From Hypanus sabinus (taxonomy: Eukaryota), in contig NC_082717.1 of the NCBI RefSeq assembly GCF_030144855.1, positions 86,924,001-86,988,000 of the forward strand: 64,000 nucleotides of DNA, written 5' to 3'. Below are positions 61,081 to 64,000 of this stretch, in pieces. The notes under the pieces were generated by a model. That model did no database searches. It was not told the origin of the DNA and worked only from the letters and a program-made list of their open reading frames with translations. Position 1 is the stretch's first letter. Each line of letters begins with the position of its first letter. A program made the position numbers and the translations under genes.

Positions 61081-62074
61081 TGAGCCCTGTTAATATTAAA
61101 CCAATTTGCTAGTTATCAATTTTCATGTTTTAGAAAACAAGGACAATTTTTTCTGTGTGTTTAGACTGGAGAATTGGTTATATTTAATAGAATTTGAGAA
61201 GATATAGACAGTGGTCCAATATCATCATCCACATATTGAAATGGGTGGGTTTGAAGGGAATGAAAGAAAGTGGTTCAGGGATTGGATTATTCGTGCCTTT
61301 GTCTGACAGTGTGGAACATGTTCTCCATCTCAGTTATTAACACTGAGATGTTATGAATCAACCTCATTAACTCCACTAAATATCTTCATTTCACTCGGTA
61401 CCCTCCTCAACCACTGCTAATAAACACATTCTCCCTTCACATTCCATCCCCTCATTACTAAACTCTGTGTTTATCTACTCATTCTACCACTGGACCACTG
61501 CTTTCTGTAAATGAATTAATATGTTAACTGCAATATTCTGACAACATCCTTTTTGTAATAAAGTCAATAAAATGATCGATCCATTTCTTAAGTTTGGAAG
61601 CTTTTGTCATGAGATAAACTTGCAAGTTAATTCTCATCTCATCACATCACAGCAGCCCACTGGAATGTCTTCTACAGGAATAATTACCTTCACTTTCCTT
61701 TCTCTGCTTGACCATTTAACATAACAAATGAACATATTGTAAAATCCCACTGATGTTTCAGCTTTCCTGTGACCTTGACTTTTAGGAACACTGAATGTTG
61801 TCCATGTACATGAGTGTGTTTACTCCATTATCCATCCCTCTGCCCCTCTTCCTTCCTTACAATAGGGAACATTGTCATCATCATATTGATTCACACTTGT
61901 CACTTCACCACTCACTTCCATTGAAGGCAATGAGGTCTCTGTCAGGCTCTGATACATTTGTTACAAGTGTTCAGCTCTCAGACAATGACAACAAGCACAC
62001 TTCATTCAGCCTTGCCTCATAACTACGATATTCCTTGAAGGTTTGTCCTCCTGTACAAAGAGGAATTGACTGCT

Positions 62075-62577
62075 TTATTTATTTATTTAACAATATAACA
62101 CAGAGTAGGCCCTCCTGGCCCTCCGAGTCCCCCCCCCCACCCCAGCAACTGCTGACAAGCCCAATTAATCCAAGCCTTTACAATAACCAATTAATCTACA
62201 TACTGGCTGATAAAAGACCAAGGTCTAAACACCTCTTCCACAGCTGCCCTAATGGTCAAGTGTTACATAGTTATTATTTAGCAATACAGTGTAGGTCCTC
62301 TGGCTTTTCGTGCTACAGCACCCTACCACCCCAGCAACCCCTAAAAAACCCAATTAACTGAAACCTGATCATGGTCCAATTTACAATGACCAATTAACCT
62401 ACCGGGTACATCTTTGGACAGTGGGAGGAATCCGGATGACCCAGGGAAAACACATGCATTCCATAGGGAGGGCATACGGAGACTCCCTACAGTACGGTGC
62501 CGGAGTCGAACTCCGAACTGTGGAACGCCCCCGAGCTGGAATGCCAGCACGCGAACCGCTACACCATTACGTCGCCC
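62075..62577 (-). mobile_element. V-SINE-like element (62270-62577) plus an adjacent SINE tail fragment (62075-62195)
   Basis: The minus strand has a head GGCGACGTAATGGTGTAGCGG, a B-box GGAGTTCGACTCC and a V-domain-like GGATTCCTCCCACTGTCCAAAGA..TTAATTGGTCATTGTAAATTG. Confidence 0.7.
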
Positions 62578-64000
62578 AGTTTAATTCGATACTTTGATTG
62601 ATGGGATCAGACAACGCCTCCATTCTCAATCTTTAACGATTGTCGACACACACCCTGACACCAGGGAGGAAAGCCTTGTGAGGAAGAACTTTCTGAACCA
62701 AGGGCCCATAGTCACCATTTCCTCCCAAGCCTCCTCTGGATGATTACTGCATTAGACTGGAACCACCCTCACACTGCTTCCAAAGTGGGATTTCCTGGAA
62801 GAATGGGAATTTCAAATTCAATGAATTAGGCCCACAATGTTTCCACCATTACCATTGGGTATCAGTTCTACAGATTGAGCACTCTCTGGCTGAAATAACG
62901 CCTTCACAGATCAACTTTGAATGGATCCACCAAATATGGCCATTCAGATGCCAGTGAAGACCAGTCAGAGCTTCCTGTCTTGCTCAATTCAGCTCTTTAG
63001 CCCCTAACTGGACCAAGTTAATCAAGTACTCTGGAGCAGAGTGATAGAAGTCTAGCAAATGAAGGGAGAAAGCAACTAAAAGAGATGGCAGCACCATGTA
63101 GTCAGCTCTTTTTATACTCCACAGAAAAGAAAATTTCCATTCAGATTTGTAGATAAGAGTTAACCAATCAGATCACCGCTATCCAAATAATGTAAAACCA
63201 AGGGAAGCTTCCAGGACTTTCCAGAAGGTTACAAAGAACTGTAACCACTAGGGCATACACTGAACAATTACATTTACATACTGTGACTGCTAGGAAAGAC
63301 ACTAAACATTCACATGCATATAAGTAGTTATAAACATACTGACAAGCATAAATTGCTAAACTGCAAAAAAAAAGAATGATTAAACAGTTTAGTCCAAAAC
63401 TCCCCCCTTTGATTCTGAATCACACATTTAGAATCATTACATCTGAAAATTCAGAGGCAGGGAAATTTGTTTATATCCATGTCAAAATTAAAATAATCAA
63501 AAACTATCTAAGTTATGAAAATATCACAGGGAATATATTCTTCAAAATATTTACAGAATTGTGTCATGCACATTCACATGAGTTTGAACTATTCTATTGC
63601 TGATCTATAGCAACCAAACTATAACAACAAACTGATACTGGAATAAACTTCTTTTTGTCCAGTAGTAGACAACTTTGTTTGAAGTCTTCTGGCTGGTTAG
63701 TTACTTGTTCTCAGCAATGTACACTCTGAGTAAAAGGTTACAAGCACAGTATTTTTCTGGTTCGCATCGGGTACCACAATGAGTGGTTGGTATGCATTCA
63801 CCGACTTTTGCTTATTGCCATCACCACCAATTGGTAATTAACAGCAGTTGACAAGGACCTTCCTGTTGAGCTCCCAGTTTGTGTTTGCTTCATCAAGACT
63901 TACTCACCAGATATCAGGCTGTGTCATCCTTCTGATGAATGATGACACCAAACCGAACTGTTCCGCAAGCCCATAGTTTCTTCTCGCTCCAGACCCACTG

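Noticed and set aside
62600-64000. Start of a fourth receptor gene or another exon
   Set aside because: I found no match to the promoter module, exon 1 or exon 2, and no recognisable reading frame.

Overview
Vertebrate nuclear DNA, most likely from a cartilaginous fish (shark or ray). This is inferred from the CR1/V-SINE, Rex1/Babar, L1 and Gypsy repeat landscape and from the receptor family present. The only intact protein-coding genes are three paralogous class A (rhodopsin-like) GPCRs of the GPR139/GPR142-like type. Each has two exons: an 82-nt first coding exon that the ORF track misses, a phase-1 GT-AG intron and a large second exon. Gene 1 is on the minus strand (8746-8665 + 6945-6062). 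Gene 2 (32908-32989 + 34592-35445) and gene 3 (56916-56997 + 59078-59931) are on the plus strand. They arose by duplication of a multi-kb cassette that includes a conserved TATA promoter module and flanking DNA. Their intracellular segments are near-identical, with an apparent gene-conversion tract, while the extracellular and pocket-lining segments are highly variable. That pattern suggests a diversified receptor repertoire, possibly chemosensory, which is the most interesting system in the window. Most of the remaining sequence is degraded, nested transposable elements that can be ordered by target-site duplications (TSDs). These include an L1 inside an L1 inside a Rex1-like LINE, an L1 carrying a Gypsy element and a solo LTR, several further Gypsy relics, an LTR containing a 31-bp higher-order minisatellite, and many CR1 and SINE fragments.
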